A DNA stretch of 64,000 nucleotides from NCBI GenBank assembly GCA_965113315.1, contig OZ220367.1. One strand, given 5' to 3'. The notes below the pieces were generated by a model. It had not been told where the DNA came from. It saw nothing but the letters and a program-made list of their open reading frames with translations, and ran no database searches. The first letter of the stretch is position 1. Every line of letters begins with the position of its first letter. This DNA is from Podarcis vaucheri. Its lineage: Eukaryota. The position numbers and the translations under genes are program-made. This document shows positions 36,068 through 50,565 of the stretch, one piece after another.

Positions 36068-38338
36068 TGGTGATGGTGACTTCTGCTCAAAAAAATTCTA
36101 ACATCCAGCCCCAAATTTTATGCTGATGATTGGGCTCAGGGGCAAATCATAATAATCATAAGAAATGTCCTGGTCAATTTTTCTCCCCTGATCAGTTGGC
36201 AATCTTACCTGCCCTTTTAACCAGTGTTTTGGTCCACTCTTTGATAGAACCTCTTCAGTGCATCGAGGGGTGGTGCTACCTGCCCCAGCACCCAAAGCGG
36301 TGCAGGGGCGGGGCTAGCCGCCTGCTGCCTGCACCGTGAACGTGGAGGGGGGGCGCTGCTAGCTGCTGGCAGCAGCATCCCTAGTGGCCCGCCGCCCGCA
36401 CAGCGAGCGGGGTGGGCAGCAATGTCACCCGCCCTCACGGCTGACACCCGGCGCGAAGCGCACCCCGCACCAGCCTTCCACAGCCAGTGAGTGCATCACA
36501 CTATCAACATTAGCAAATAAGTTAAGACATGTGAAATAAGAGCAGGTCTTGTCTCTCATTTGACAGATTATGCAAGCAAAAGGAAATTTTTTATTTAGGC
36601 AACAACAATAGAATGCAAATACCTCCCAGAGGTGATTTTGTGTTTCATTAGTGATCATTATGCATGCTTACGAGACCTCTTGAAATAAGTATCTGCACAA
36701 TTAATAGAACAAAACGGCTCTTGCAGCAATATATTAAAACCTGAGAACTGCTTGCAAAAATATGTACCTTAGTCAATGCTGCAGACAAGAATGTGGTTTT
36801 TAGGCAAAAGCCGCACTAACATTCTGAAGAATTTTTGTGAGGATTCTTTTTGACAAATGCAACTTGATGCAGAAATGCCTATGAAATATCCTAAGCAGAC
36901 TTGGGCAAGTCACTGTATCTCAACCTAGCCTCTGTTGCAGGGTGGTTTTGAGGATAAAATGGAGCAAGGATCAAGCCATCCTGATTTTCTTGAATGAATG
37001 CAACCTCATAAATTTACAAAATAGTTTAGGATGTTCTTCAGAGAGATAAGCACACCATGCAAAATGCAGCAGAGGTAATAGATATGCTGATACACTGTCG
37101 GAGGCAAGAAACTGGTTCAGGATCAAGAGCCACATCAGAAATATTATTGTGAAACAACTTATATGCATAGTGTGACAGGTCAGAATATAAATATTGTAGA
37201 AGGAATGTGAAATGTCTACCAACTGTACCTGTAATTAATTAAGTAGATTTGCATATATCCATTAACATGACATGTGTCAAACTATAAATGCTTTGCCTTC
37301 TTTGTACAACAATATTTTTTTAATTCGGAATGCATTAGCATTACATAATGAGAGATGATCACCCTGAATGCTGGCTTTTAAAATACGTTTCCTGGTTTCC
37401 AACCCTTTAGCAATTATTGCTATCATATACTTTCATGCTTCCCAGTTGCTTAAGCCACGAGAAGTTTCAGGGTCAGAACTCTCTGGGTTTAGGGATGCTT
37501 TGAGTAAGGAAGAGCACTGAAGACTTCTGATGAGCATGGCAAATATATAAGTAGAAAATATAAGTAGTGGCAGAGAGGCCCTGTACCCCCAAAATACATT
37601 CAGCTTACGCCATTTCATAGCTTTTTCTCACATTCTGCTTCTCCTCAACAGCAGGCTGCTTATTCAAACAGGTACACACTTCTGCTGCCTCCTCATCTGA
37701 GTGTGTGTGTTGGGGGGGACTCTCTGATAGGTGATCAGAGGCAGATTTAGGGCAGTGCAACTGGTTCTGCCACCAGCCTCTGAGCCTAGAGGGCACCCAA
37801 ATATGACATAGTGAATTGAGCAGAATGGAAGGTGAGAGGTAGATGTTTGCCAAATTGTGACCTTGCATAGGGAGCCACAGAAATTTAAAGGTCCATCGTC
37901 CGCCTCTCAGGTTACCTTATTCCAACACATGGAGATCATCTCATCTGTTTCCCATTAAAGGAACATCAGGTCTCATCCCAGGATATTAAATCACAACTTG
38001 CCTAACAAAGAAAATGGTTTGCCAACTGCTGCCATGCCATTTTGAAATGTATCTCCCCAGCCATGAGGGCTAGGGAATTTTTAAGAAGAAAGAGGCCCTT
38101 TGGGACCGACACACGAGAAATGCCTTGGAGCTTGCCTGTTCCCCAAACTAACAAGGAGATCAATGTGAAATTGACATGTTTTTGCCCTGTAATCAGTCCT
38201 GTGATACATGTCAGTTTTCTAGACTGTAATCATTTCCATCAAATACAATATTTTGTTCCTCATTAATTACAGGGCCCCAGGGAAATGGATTGGAAGTCTA
38301 AAGTTATGTTGATTTTCTGCAGCCACCAGTAGCTTATA

Positions 38339-38580
38339 CAGTGGTACCTCGGGTTACATATGCTTCAGGTTACATACGCTTCAGGTTACAGACTCCGCTA
38401 ACCCAGATATATTACCTTGGGTTAAGAACTTTGCTTCAGGATGAGAACAGAAATCATGCAGTGGCGGCGCGGCGGCAGCAGGAGGCCCCATTAGCTAAAG
38501 TGGTGCTTCAGGTTAAGAACAGTTTCAGGTTAATAACAGACCTCCAGAACAAATTAAGTTCTTAACCCGAGGTACCACTG
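38339..38580. mobile_element. Tc1/mariner MITE
   Basis: TIR CAGTGGTACCTCGGGTTA, TA TSD, small internal duplication. Confidence 0.88.
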
Positions 38581-39104
38581 TACACTGCAATCAGTTTCTT
38601 TGAAGAATTCAAGCTTTCTTCTTTATCCTGGGCCTTTTTCCCCACAGAAGGCATCAACCTCACGACGACGACCACCACCATCATCTAGGCATGCCCACCT
38701 AGCAGCCTTTTCCCTTTCTTCCTATTTAAATGTGAAGATTTAAAAACAAAAACCTCCCTGCCTCGGTTCTAAATTACAGCTCCACATAGCTCTTGTTGCC
38801 AAGGCAACTGGTCAATGCTCACTTTTAAGAATTACAGAAAGAGTAACCTGGTTTTCCAGAATATTGAAGTCCTTCACACTTCTCTATACCTTGCCAGTTT
38901 AGTTGATTAGAGGAAATTACTGCCGCTTCTCAGGTACCCGAAAGCTCCATAATAGCCTTCTTTTACTCTGACCCGTCTTACTTACATAACACCTGAGCGA
39001 AGGATGAAAGCAGCAGTGTTGTGTATTTTGCAAATGGGCTGTACTGTATATAAAATACACTCATTCTATCGGAACTCACCAATACCTTGGCCATGGGTAG
39101 GGAT

Positions 39105-39234
39105 AGGTAAAGGTAAAGGGACCCCTGGCCATTAGGTCCAGTTGTGGCCGACTCTGGGGTTGCGGCGCTCATCTCGCTTTACTGGCCAAGGGAGCCGGCG
39201 TTTGTCAACAGACAGCTTCTGGGTCATGTGGCCA
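39105..39234 (-). mobile_element. Sauria SINE 3' fragment
   Basis: AGGTAAAGGTAAAGGGACCCCTG...GGGTCATGTGGCCA. Confidence 0.8.
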
Positions 39235-39455
39235 AGAGGTCTTGTCACCTGGGCAACCCAGGACCTCCATGCACACTGCCCAGGCTTGTGTCCTGGACAG
39301 GTCACTTTGCTGTTGCTGCAGAAACAATTCAGGAGGCAGCAGGTACAAGTTACCAGCCTTCAAAGCCACACCAGGTGCTGTGATTCTCCAGCGGTTTGAC
39401 TTCACCCTTGGAGGCAGACTCCATTGTCTCTCGAGACAGATGGATGCCAACATGA

Positions 39456-39606
39456 GCCAACACTAGCCCAGTCAGTAGAGCATCAGACTCAATCTCAGAG
39501 TCGTGGGTTTGAGCCCCACGTTGGGCAAAAGATTCCTGCATTACAGGAGGCTGAACTTGATGACCCTTGTGGTCCCTTCCAATTCTACAATTTTGTGAAT
39601 CTATGA
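39456..39606 (+). mobile_element. tRNA-Lys-derived SINE with CR1-type tail
   Basis: tagcccagtcagtagagcatcagact...gggtttgagcccc head; gtcccttccaattct tail. Confidence 0.72.
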
Positions 39607-42600
39607 ATGTTGGTTGGGATCCCCACCACTCTCCCAGGGAGGACGCTTCTAAACAAACCGAACACTTTTCATTTTCCAAATTCAAAATCTTGCCACCGAT
39701 TTTACTCCTTTGTCTTTCCCCCAAATATTTATTTAACATGGAAGGCGAGGCAGTGTGCATAGAATCCCCAGCTGGTCTCCTAATCCAGGCACTGACCAGT
39801 CCCGGACCTGCTAAGCTTGAGCAAGGTGGCTGCATCAGGTGTCCCCAGACCATACCTTTCCAGGACACTATTCCTCATCTGAATCAACTAATTGCACCAG
39901 CCAAGGTTATATAGCAGATAGAACCAAATGCATCTTCACAACTAGAGTTTAGGTGGAACGGGAAGAATAAAAGGACTCTCAATATGAGAATTACCTGACG
40001 GTTGTGCTTCACATGGGCTCGTGTGACTACAGTGGAATACTAATCCCAGGTGGCAATGACATTTTTAGTCGCAGATAGCAATCTGCATTTCAGAAAGTGA
40101 TATTTAATACGGTGCTTCTGGCAACAGATTGTTCTCCAGTGTTTCAAGAATATGCTTATTTTTGAGGAGTCCCGTCATGCTGTTCACATTCCTTCCAAGA
40201 ATAAAGTCTTCAGAATTAGCATGGTATTTACATCTTATTCCCAGAAATAGGGGACCCTTGCATACAGCACTCCATGATATTTGATGTGAAATTCTTAGAC
40301 CTTGAGTAGCTTAGAGAATTTATAGGATGCAGAAACCCAGGAGTGGGGCCTTTTCGGTCATTGGCATGAGTCTTTGGTGCAACCTTGTTGTGGGTATATT
40401 TTTCCAACCTTAAATGTTTCCACTTTCGGAAATGCATTGTTTCGTAAAATTAATCAGCATCACAAGGAATTGACACAATACAAGTCAAACTGGGCAGCTG
40501 GAATGGATGCTAGTCAAATCTAAAATCGAAGTGATAATTAACTTTGACAGACCATATAGTTATGTGCCTAGCTCTGGAGGCATGTTAAAATTAATATATT
40601 AACGGAGCCTTCATTTCCCTCCCTTAAAATCTGAATAATGTAAGGGAAGTGTATGTTATTGAGCTGTCATGTCTTAAAATATTTAAAAGTATTCTGATGA
40701 AAATAATTCCCTATTGCATTTTATTCAACTCCCCTCCCCCAAGCTAATATTTCAGCTAAACTACTTTTGGCTATTGGAAAAAGAAATTAGATAGTTTTGC
40801 AACAAATCTTTTAATAACTTTAGTAAACAATGATGATAATTTAAATAGAAATACCATACCTCACACCCTAGTGGGGAAACCTGACCAGGTGATCACATGC
40901 TTGCTTAGTCCTCTGTCCTGGTGCTGTCTGTCAATGAGCATCTTTAGCTGCACTCCCTTCTTTAAACAGGACTTGGATGGGATAGCAAGAAAACTTAATA
41001 TACAAATAGGAGAATATAAAAGTCATGTTCCTACCATAGGACAAGCACCTGGCCAGTGAAGCATTTTCATCTACAAGCCTATGGATTTTACTTTTGAGGC
41101 AGTGGAATCAATATCTTTTAAGAATGAAAGGCATATATTAAAAGGGGAAGGCCTTTCTACTTTAAAACTTTCTGCTGAATCACCCAGATTTGTTAAATGA
41201 CGCTTTTATTATGAGAAAAGTCCTTAGCACCATGCATTGACAATCAGATATGTGAATCTTGCAATAACTGAGAAGTACAGTTGCAAAGAACATGTGTGGA
41301 AAGAGTTGAAGAGGGGAAAGTGGGTTAATTGTTTTTTTATTTCTCGATGACCTTGAAATTTTTACCAGCTTCATGTGATTTGATTCACAGATTTGCCATC
41401 TCTTGGGCATAGACCACAGATTGATCCAAATGGGAACGAATGTCTTTAAGCGGCACTCCCAAGGAAGGGGAGCAAAAACTTAAAGTGGCTGATCACGTCA
41501 TCCAACACCCTGCTGGGTTCTTGCCCTCAAGGCAGACACAAGAGCCAGTCAACACTGTAGTTCCCCTCTGACCTTTTCTGAGTTTTTATTTTCTTAAAGG
41601 ATTTAGCTGCTGCTAAATGGGAAATAAACAATGCCAGTTCCAGGATTGGAATTAGTTTTCTCCCTGGTTTAGGAGTGTGTGAGAGGGATGGGAAGGCACT
41701 GGATCCTTCAGATCCAAACGTTTTTCATTGGTCTGCATCTGACACAATCTCAGTAAATTCTCTGCATGGCCCCCTTGCAGTCCTACTGACAACAGAGTTT
41801 TCGTATTGGTAGAGCAAAAATTGCAGATGCAGCAGGAAGTGGGTTATCCTGGCTCTCCCTCTCCCAAAGTCAGAATCCCCTTTCTGCCCTCAGAGAGGGA
41901 GATCCAATGCTTCCTATGGCTTCTGAGATGCCCCAAGGCACAGGAAATTTCCCCCATAGTTTTGGTGCTCCAGTATCAGATCCCCAGGGGCTAACAAACC
42001 CAGGAATCAAAATAGCATGTAATATAGCCTCCATGGTCAAAGACAACAAGAATCATATTGTGCTATAAACTTGACTTGGATCAGTGGGTTACATTATCCA
42101 ATAGCATCTAGAATAAGATTTAAATAATCAAAATGAATGTGATGCCACACTTAATTTATGTATCGATTACAAATATTCCTATTTTGCACGCATCAATAAG
42201 CTTTTTATTGCCTTTAGATGGAACACACAACATTCCATATATTTGTTACATTGATTCCAATTTCCTGTCGAAGAAGGAGGCTTTAATTTTCCAAATTTCT
42301 TGCTATCCAAGGTTCTCATGTCTCCAGACTACATCCTCAGCCAGCATTCTCATATGAAACACCAGCCTGGGCAATACGAGAACACCTTTCTCCATTGACA
42401 GGGTGGACAACCCTTAGTTTCAAACTTATTTATAATTTTGCTAACTTTCTACCATCTCTACCTCTACCTGAGAGACATAGAATATCCCACACCATTAACA
42501 CAACTTTAACCTGTATGCATATTTAAAAAATGAAATAATTTGACATAAAGTCAAAGGGCATATGAGGCCACCAGGTTGCTGAAACTAACCAGATTTGGGT

Positions 42601-43605
42601 CTGATCAATGCCTGGGTGGGTGACATTTTGGGAACCTTGGGTTCCATGAGGGAAGGGGAAAAGGTGGATATAAATGTAAGAAAATAAAAATAAACTCAAC
42701 ATTGTTGTATACGTGTTTTTGTGAAACACATGGTCAGTTAATCAAATCCCTATGTTTGAGCAATGAATACACAAGCAAGTACGGTAGTTTTTGCCCCCTT
42801 TTGTTACTTTTGGACCTCTTGACACCTCCTAGTGACACCTCCTGCAATTGAAACATAAACTGGTTCTAAATGTAGTCCTTTTGCCGCCAGTGCATCCAAA
42901 AAGTCCTCCATAGTAGAGGATCTACTTTGTTGACCAATGCTGCCCAAGCCAACTCATGATCCTGGGGTCAGCAGTCACTCTAAGCTAGTTTGTTTACTTC
43001 CTTGCACTAGGGGAGGTCCAAAATCGAAGCAAACCGTGCACATGGCTCATGCACTGTAAGGTTCTTGGCTTATCACTGCATGTAGACATGCCAACTATGT
43101 TGTACTCTTGTGTTTTGTGTCAATGCTGGACAGAATTTATTGTCTGTATCAGCTTGTTTCCGGAGACAGACCTAAAACGTGCAGACAAAATAGTATGGAT
43201 AATGCTTCCCATCTGTATGAAATCTTATCCTTGCCTGGGGGAAATGGATTAGTCACACCCTGTTGATTGCCCAAAATATTGTTTTACAATGCTGTAAATT
43301 CAGTCTAGCCATCGGCAAAGGGACAGAAGACCTATCATCACTTGCCATTAGTGAAATCAGGTGCTGCTTAGCTATCTCTATGACAAGCGTATGCTGATTT
43401 CTATGCCTAGGTGAATGCCAAGTTATTTTGATTATGACACTCCCATGAATTTAAAAAAACTTGGGGAACAAGTGCTGCCCACACCCTGTCTCTCCACCCT
43501 CAACATAAGTTTGCTTTTTTGTGGGGGGTGAGTGGGTTTAAGGCTATGTAAGTTGTGTTGATATAAATAAAAGCTTAATAAAAAGATTACTTTAAAAAGT
43601 GCATA

Positions 43606-43808
43606 GTTACAATTAGGTAGCCGTGTTGGTCTGCCTTAGTCGAAACAAAATTAAAAAAATCCTTCCAGTAGCACCTTATAGACCAACTAAGTTTGTTATT
43701 GGTATGAGCTTTCGCGTGCATGCACGAGATATCTGAAGAAGTGTGCCTGCACACGAAAGGTAGTTGGTCTCTAAGGTGCTACTGGAAGGAATTTTTTTTA
43801 TTTTGTTT
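43606..43808. mobile_element. Family B PLE inverted doublet
   Basis: Antisense arm ~43606-43725 (long end), sense arm ~43728-43808 starting ATATCTGAAGAAGTGTG. Confidence 0.8.
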
Positions 43809-44776
43809 TTAAAAGAGTGGAGATAAATTTAAACTAAATTTTTTTGAAAACATTTATTTTTCAAACTACTGTTTGCTTTGTTCATTAAATTTATTGGTTC
43901 TATGTGATGATTCTCCTATGAAGAAAATGCCAAGAAATATAACCAAAATATACCCCTTTGTTTTAAAGGGAATAGCTTTTTAAATTTAACAAAGCCTATT
44001 CAGGCTGCAATGCTCTACCTGCTTACATGGGAGTAAGTCTCATTGAACTCAATGAATCTTCTGCATCTGTCTCACTGTTTGATAATATAGATATACTGTA
44101 CAGGTTTTGTATATTTTTGGATGCATTGTATATAACGGTAAGGAGACTAATAATTCAATTGTTATGTGTATGTTTTATATTTATTAATAGTAGTTAAAGT
44201 AGTACTATTGTTGTACCCTAGAAAAATAATATTTCTTAGTCAATTTCCTAAAATTAAATTAACCCTCCAGGGCATCTTTGAATATCCTCTTGTTTCTTAT
44301 TTCTGGACCTATCCTCAAACAGAAAGATCATCCTTTTTAAATGGCATTTCCCTGCCTGCACTTATCACTGGGTACTTATAGTTTCCTACAAGAAAGTAAG
44401 AGCTGCAGCCTGATACATTGGAACAGACTATATTAAACTACAAATTGGTAATTAATGGCATGACATTTGGACATTTTTTCCAGTGGCAACTAATGAAAAA
44501 TATGAACCCGAAGCCCTTTAAAAAAATATATTATCATATGCCAATTCTATTTTTGTAAATACTCTCATAGAATTCTGGAAAAGTAACATATTTGTTGCAC
44601 ATTTTAAGCAAATATTTATGGTATATAGTTCGCTGGGACTTATTTCCAAATAATTTGGTATATATTGCAGCCATAGTGACATTAAAGTTCCTGTTGCTTT
44701 ATAATTGCAATTACAATTCTTATTCTAGAAATTAACATGGTGTATTATCAGGTTACTGTACAGGAAGTTGAAGCCT

Positions 44777-44826
44777 TTTGCTTTGCTTTGCTTTGCTTTG
44801 CTTTGCTTTGCTTTGCTTTGCTTTGC
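44777..44826. repeat. (TTTGC)n microsatellite
   Basis: Ten units read directly. Confidence 0.95.
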
Positions 44827-45207
44827 TTGCAGAAGCAGCCAAAGAATATTAACATTCTGAAGGAGAACATGCAATTGATTGCTTTTATGATGTATAATGC
44901 TACAGTTTGTTGAAGATAAATTTGTTCTCGCAAAGCCAGAAGACTCCATGCACGCTGGCCTCACAGGATCTGGAAGTGTCCTCAGACTGTACTAGGCACC
45001 ACTTCATGAGGAGCCTCTGGCTCTGTGGGGTGGCAGTTTTGTGCCTCTGAATATCAGCTGGTGGGAATCACAACTGGGAAGAGTGCTCTTGTTTCCTATT
45101 TCTGGGCTCCTCATGGACATCTGGTTGGCTATGTAAGAACAGAATGCTGGACCTGAGGGGCCTTGGACCAAAACCATCAGCACTCTTGTGTTATTATGTT
45201 TGATGAT

Positions 45208-45412
45208 AAAAAATTCCTTCCAGTAGCACCTTAAAGACCAACTAAGTTACCGTAGTTCTTGGTATGAGCTTCCGTGTGCATGCACACTTCTTCAGATGCA
45301 CACGAAAGCTCATACCAAGAACTAACTTAGTTGGTCTTTAAGGTGCTACTGGAAGGAATTTTTTAATTTTGACTATGGCAGACCAACACGGCTACCTATC
45401 TGTAACTGGAAC
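45208..45412. mobile_element. Family B PLE inverted doublet
   Basis: Antisense arm 45208-45297, sense arm 45296-45412; 13-bp TSD TATGTTTGATGAT (45195-45207, 45413-45425). Confidence 0.87.
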
Positions 45413-47612
45413 TATGTTTGATGATGTAAATGATATACCCTCCAACATGCCACAGAGGAAAATCGGGATGCACGTCTTTTGGGGCCATGCTCCCATGCAA
45501 GTTGGGTGACTCAAGTAAGAGTGTAGCCCCCAAAATGCTCGTTTTTCACTGAACTGTCCTCTGCACACACTCAGATAACACTGTCACCTATTCCAGCACC
45601 CACTTTACTCTCCTGGACCATGTACATAGCTGTGCTAAGAGAATCATAGACTCATAGGACTGCAGAGTTGGAAGGCACCCCCCCCCCGCCCCGCCGAGTG
45701 TCATCCAGCCCAACCTGTTGCAAGGCCCGAATCTCCAGTTTTCCCTGGCAGGGTGGGTTTCCTGGAGGCTGAGAGCACATGCTCTATCCTTAAAGCCAGC
45801 CCTAAGCTTCAGATTGGCCATTATTGAGATTTCAAATCTGTTGTCTCCCACCCCTGCTTCCCTACCTGCAAGAGAAAAGAATATGGTCCTCAGGGAGAAA
45901 ATCAACTTGCTTGCAAAGAAATGATAATGCAGTACCACCCACCAGTCCTCTGCTAAATCCAAAGCCTGTTGTGGCTGCTAAGTTTTCCCCAGGAGGTGTG
46001 GGGGGTGCGCCCGCACCCCCATTTAATGGAATCTCAAAACTACATGCAATGTGTCATTTTGGACTTTCATAGATCCTGCTCGTGCAATTTATTCCGATGA
46101 TATGGGAAACAGGAGGTCAGAGACTTTCACTGTCAAAGATCAGGTTCCAAGGGACTTCTGGAAATGGTTTCCTTGTTCGTGGAAAGTGTTAAAAGGTCTT
46201 GTTCAGCTACACCCACCAGCAGCCGTTCTGTAATAACTCACCATGTGCACTAGCCTCCCATGTTAAGCTTTACAAATAATAACCGTGAGCCAAGATAGCT
46301 AGCAGAAAGCCATTATGTTAGGCTTCGAGGAAGGCAGAATTTCTGATTTACTGCTGCCTTCTGGGAATCTATGGTTCAGGAGGTCTGAATTCTTGCCCTT
46401 GTGCAGGGCAAAAGTCATCATTTCTTGGCAAAGTTGCTGAGGATGTGAATTAGAATAACACAGATTCTTAATCTTGAAACTCCAGGCAGGGGAATTAATC
46501 CTCAGGGCAAGCTTATCCCTGGGGAGGCAGGCAGAAGCATTAGGATTTCCTGGCACTCTTACAGGTTTTGGTATGCCTGACCATAAAAACAGATCATCCC
46601 TGCTGGATAAACCCCTAAGATCTCAGAACACTGAAAGAGATAAGGAAGAGAGAGAAAATTAGCATACAACTAACCTATAATGACTTTGCATGACTCTGTC
46701 CTAAAATTAGCAACCTCTAAGGAAGGAAGTAATGGCTTTATCCATATATAAAGTCTCCTCTGTTTACAAGTCAAGGAAGGATTTCTTTATCTCCCCCTGC
46801 AGGCTCAGCCTGAGGGCATGGAAACAGGTTGCTTTGAGGAAAAAGCTGGCAAACCTGCTAAAAATGGGAATCTGCAAGGGTTGTGCTGAATGTGTGCCTC
46901 TTTCCAATGTAGAACGATGGAAGAAAAATGTCAGTGGCAGCCCAGTTCAGAAGGCAACACATAACAAAGGCATCCTGTTAATTAATCTAAAATAAATTTT
47001 CTAACTTCTCATCACCCTTTAGCCATCCTAAGTATTCCAGGTCTCCCAAAACTCAGACCCTGCTGTGTGGACATAGCCAACAAGATATGTTTCCATCCTG
47101 GAAGATCAGTGATGGAGTCTGGTGTTGAGATTTGACAGAGTTCTGGGGTGCTTAGTGGAAGCAGCGAGTAACACAGCTGGCCAGCTAGAAGAGCCTGTCT
47201 GAGGGATGGAGCCTGAAAGACATGGTGGGATGTAGAAAATATCAAGAACACTAAAGGAAAGCAGAAAAGAAAGAGCCCATCTCCTTGGTTCTAGCTTCTC
47301 ACTCTGAGACCCATTTTTCCAAACACCCTAAGAAGAACACTAGAAATTAAATCCCGAGAGCTGGCAAGCCAACTAGAAATGTTCGCAGAAGCCCTGTACT
47401 TGGGGAACAATGAATGTGTGTAGCGGGTAGAAGCAGGTTTGTGGGGGCAGATTCCACCTCTCACTTCTCCTTGTTTAGTTGGCCACACATGACATGACAT
47501 GACATGACATGAGCAGACCTTACACAAGTACAAACTTAGAGGGATAGATTGATCTGCACAATGGGGCCCTGCCAGGTCCCTGGTCATGTTTACGGAGTCG
47601 ACACACATAAAG

Positions 47613-47967
47613 AAGGTAAAGGTACCCCTGCCCGTACGGGCCAGTCTTGACAGACTCTGGGGTTTGTGCGCCCATCTCACATCTATTGGCCGGGGGCCAG
47701 CGCTGTCCGAAGACACTTCCGGGTCACGTGGCCAGCGTGACAAGCTGCATCTGGCGAACCAGCGCAGCACACGGAACGCCGTTTACCTTCCCGCTGGTAA
47801 GCGGTCCCTATTTATCTACTTGCACCCGGGGGTGCTTTCGAACTGCTAGGTTGGCAGGCGCTGGGACCGAGCAGCGGGAGCGCACCCCGCCGCGGGGATT
47901 CGAACCGCCGACCTTTCGATCGGCAAGCCCTAGGCGCTGAGGCTTTAACCCACAGCGCCACCCGCGT
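47613..47967 (-). mobile_element. Sauria SINE, divergent CpG-rich subfamily
   Basis: Same architecture as other copies but distinct 3' end (ggtacccctgcccgtacgggccagtc); CpGs retained. Confidence 0.85.
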
Positions 47968-50565
47968 TATGTACTATTCATGCAACCAACTGAATGTGCA
48001 TAGTTTGGGTTGGAGCTTGCTACTGCAATCCTGCTCCCCCACTTAATCCCATACACTTGGTGTATTCTGACTGACCAAGCAAATAGAGCTAGGGGGGGAC
48101 TATGCTCCTTGGTCCCAAATCAATAATGCCATATGCTGCAAGGCAGGTCTGAACCTGCTGGCTTCCTCACTTCCCATTTTGCTGGCTTGGGCGGGTAAGG
48201 GTCCATTTGTACCCGACTATTTTCTCTTTCCAGTGCATCCATATGATTAGAAGTATGACTTGTGTCTGCTCATTCCACTCATCTCAAAGATCAATGACCT
48301 TGGCATAGGAGTAAGGAGTGCCACTATTGTTCTCTGGCAGGCTTACTGGGTTAAAGTCAAGAAATATACTGCAAGATTTAATTGTGTTAAAGTGCTGCCT
48401 ATATAGGGGAGTGATTTACAGTTCTGGAATTTTTCTGGGAACATTGGTGGGGTTTTCCATCTTAAGAGTGATCAGAAAGTTTAACTAAATGTCACATACT
48501 GCCAAGCAACTCCTTTCTGGCTATAGTACTGTTGCATGAGGAGAATGAACTCAGTAACCCCATTGCTGCTGCTGTTTTTAAATGAAAACCTAACAATTCT
48601 CAGGAAGACTCTTCTGCTCTGGGGACCCCTGCCTTCTGGGGCTGGATGGGCTGGGGCCTTTTTGACAGTGGTGTACCCCATCATGGGAATTCCTGCTCCA
48701 GAGATAGTAAATTACCATGTACTATCTTTTAGAGACAAGAGACAAGAAAAGATGTTCCATATTCACCCAGGCATTTTGATGGATGATATGTGACTGGGAA
48801 TTCTGCAACATGCCCAGAAGTACAGCTTCGAAACTCAAAAGCTGCGCCAAGGAGATTTAAATTGTGCAATTCTATCATTCATGCAAAGTAAACATTTTTC
48901 CTTCCTTTGCATCGTTCTGCATTGCTGTGAATCGGCCAAACAAGGGGAGCAAAAATGAGTTCTGCAGGATATTTATTTATTAGTTAATAAAAATTTATAT
49001 ACCACTTGATTTCAGGAAAAACCCCACAAAGCGGTTTACAAAAAGGATAAAACAATAAAGTTATCACTAAAAAATTACAGCCATAATTTAAAACATACAG
49101 AAAGTTAAAACCACAATAGAATAAACAAAACTCATACAAACTTCCTAAACTTCTAGGTAGGTTTGTCTAAATAAGTATGTTTTTAGCAAGTGCTGAAAAG
49201 AACACAGGGAAGGCACCTGCCTGGTAACAGTATTCTACCTCCAATTATTGATCGTATTCAACAAGCATGGGCGAGATGTTTCTAAGCACTTATCTGCTAC
49301 CATGGTCTCTAAACTTCCTTTTTAAAAAAAAGAAAGTAAGTTGAAATTCACAGGAAGCTGAATTCCACATCCTAATATCACAATTGTTTTTCCATGCTCC
49401 CTCTACATTACAGCATAAGCACAGTCCTGGCTAAGGGCAATAAACCAGTACAATCACACACCCTAGCTATTTGACTAGAATTACAAAAGAGTTCAGAAAT
49501 AACAACTCTTGCTATATAAAGGAGACCAGAGCAACGCAACAGTTGTACTCTTTGGTAACTAGGCTGGGCTGGGGGGGGGGATGGAAACAAACATCTTTTT
49601 ACACCCTCCTGCCCATTTTCTGTGTTCCCTCTGCACACTGTGAGATGTAAAGCACAGCCCCTCGTGTGGGTGAGCTTTTCAGAAATCCTGAAGAAATGTC
49701 AGCACGCAAATCCCACTGAAAGAAAAAGAGGGATTTGTTTTCCTGATTCGTTCCTTTAAAACCCCCCTGTGGTATACTGGAGGTGGCACAGCTGGAAGAG
49801 TGGCAGCAGTAAACCATGGTGCAATTTCACCTCTGTGGGCTTCACAGCATTTGACCCAGCAGGAGAGTTCGGCAGAATCTGGAAGGTGATTTGCAGAGCG
49901 TTCCAATATTAATTATTGCCCATCTACTCCCTGCATGTGGTTAGGATCTCAGCAGCAGTGACAATTTCTTCCTGAAGTTAATATGCCTAAATAAGCCTTT
50001 CCCCTCTTTTCAGAGCTAAAACAAATGCTCATTCATTAAGCAAATCAAACAATGACAAACAACCATTATTGCCTGCTAGCTTTTAGTTCTGCTGAAGTAG
50101 ACATCTTGGCAAATGGCTTCCCTCTCTCTAATCACTTTTAAATTCTTTTGAATAGGAATTGGGATTTCATGGCATGGGCATTGCTCTCAAACGCTGACTT
50201 TTTTAGTGGGGGATGAAAAACTCAATGCATGAGAGAGGGGTACCCTTCCCCAGGATTATATAGAAAGCTGGCAGTCCCTGAAAGTACTTCAGAGCACACA
50301 GGGCTAACCCAAGACATGTTGGCACCTGAGGTGAACCACAAAATGACTCACCCCCTTCCCTGCCAGAGAAGAAGGGGTATGTGAAGATCTACATCAGCAA
50401 CAAGGATGGAATAAAGATCTACATTGGGGTCTGCTACCTCTGTGAAGCCTCCTGCTCAAGGCAGTCACCTAACCTTGCCTCATGGATGGGTTGGGCTTGA
50501 AAGCACATATGGGTAGCCTGTGACCCTCAGATCATCTCCCCTCTGTCCAGCTGATTTGTGCTGGT

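Noticed and set aside
39456-39530. tRNA-Lys gene (also 25960-26016 and 61537-61580)
   Set aside because: Degenerate cloverleaf, fused to a CR1-type tail or truncated: SINE heads.
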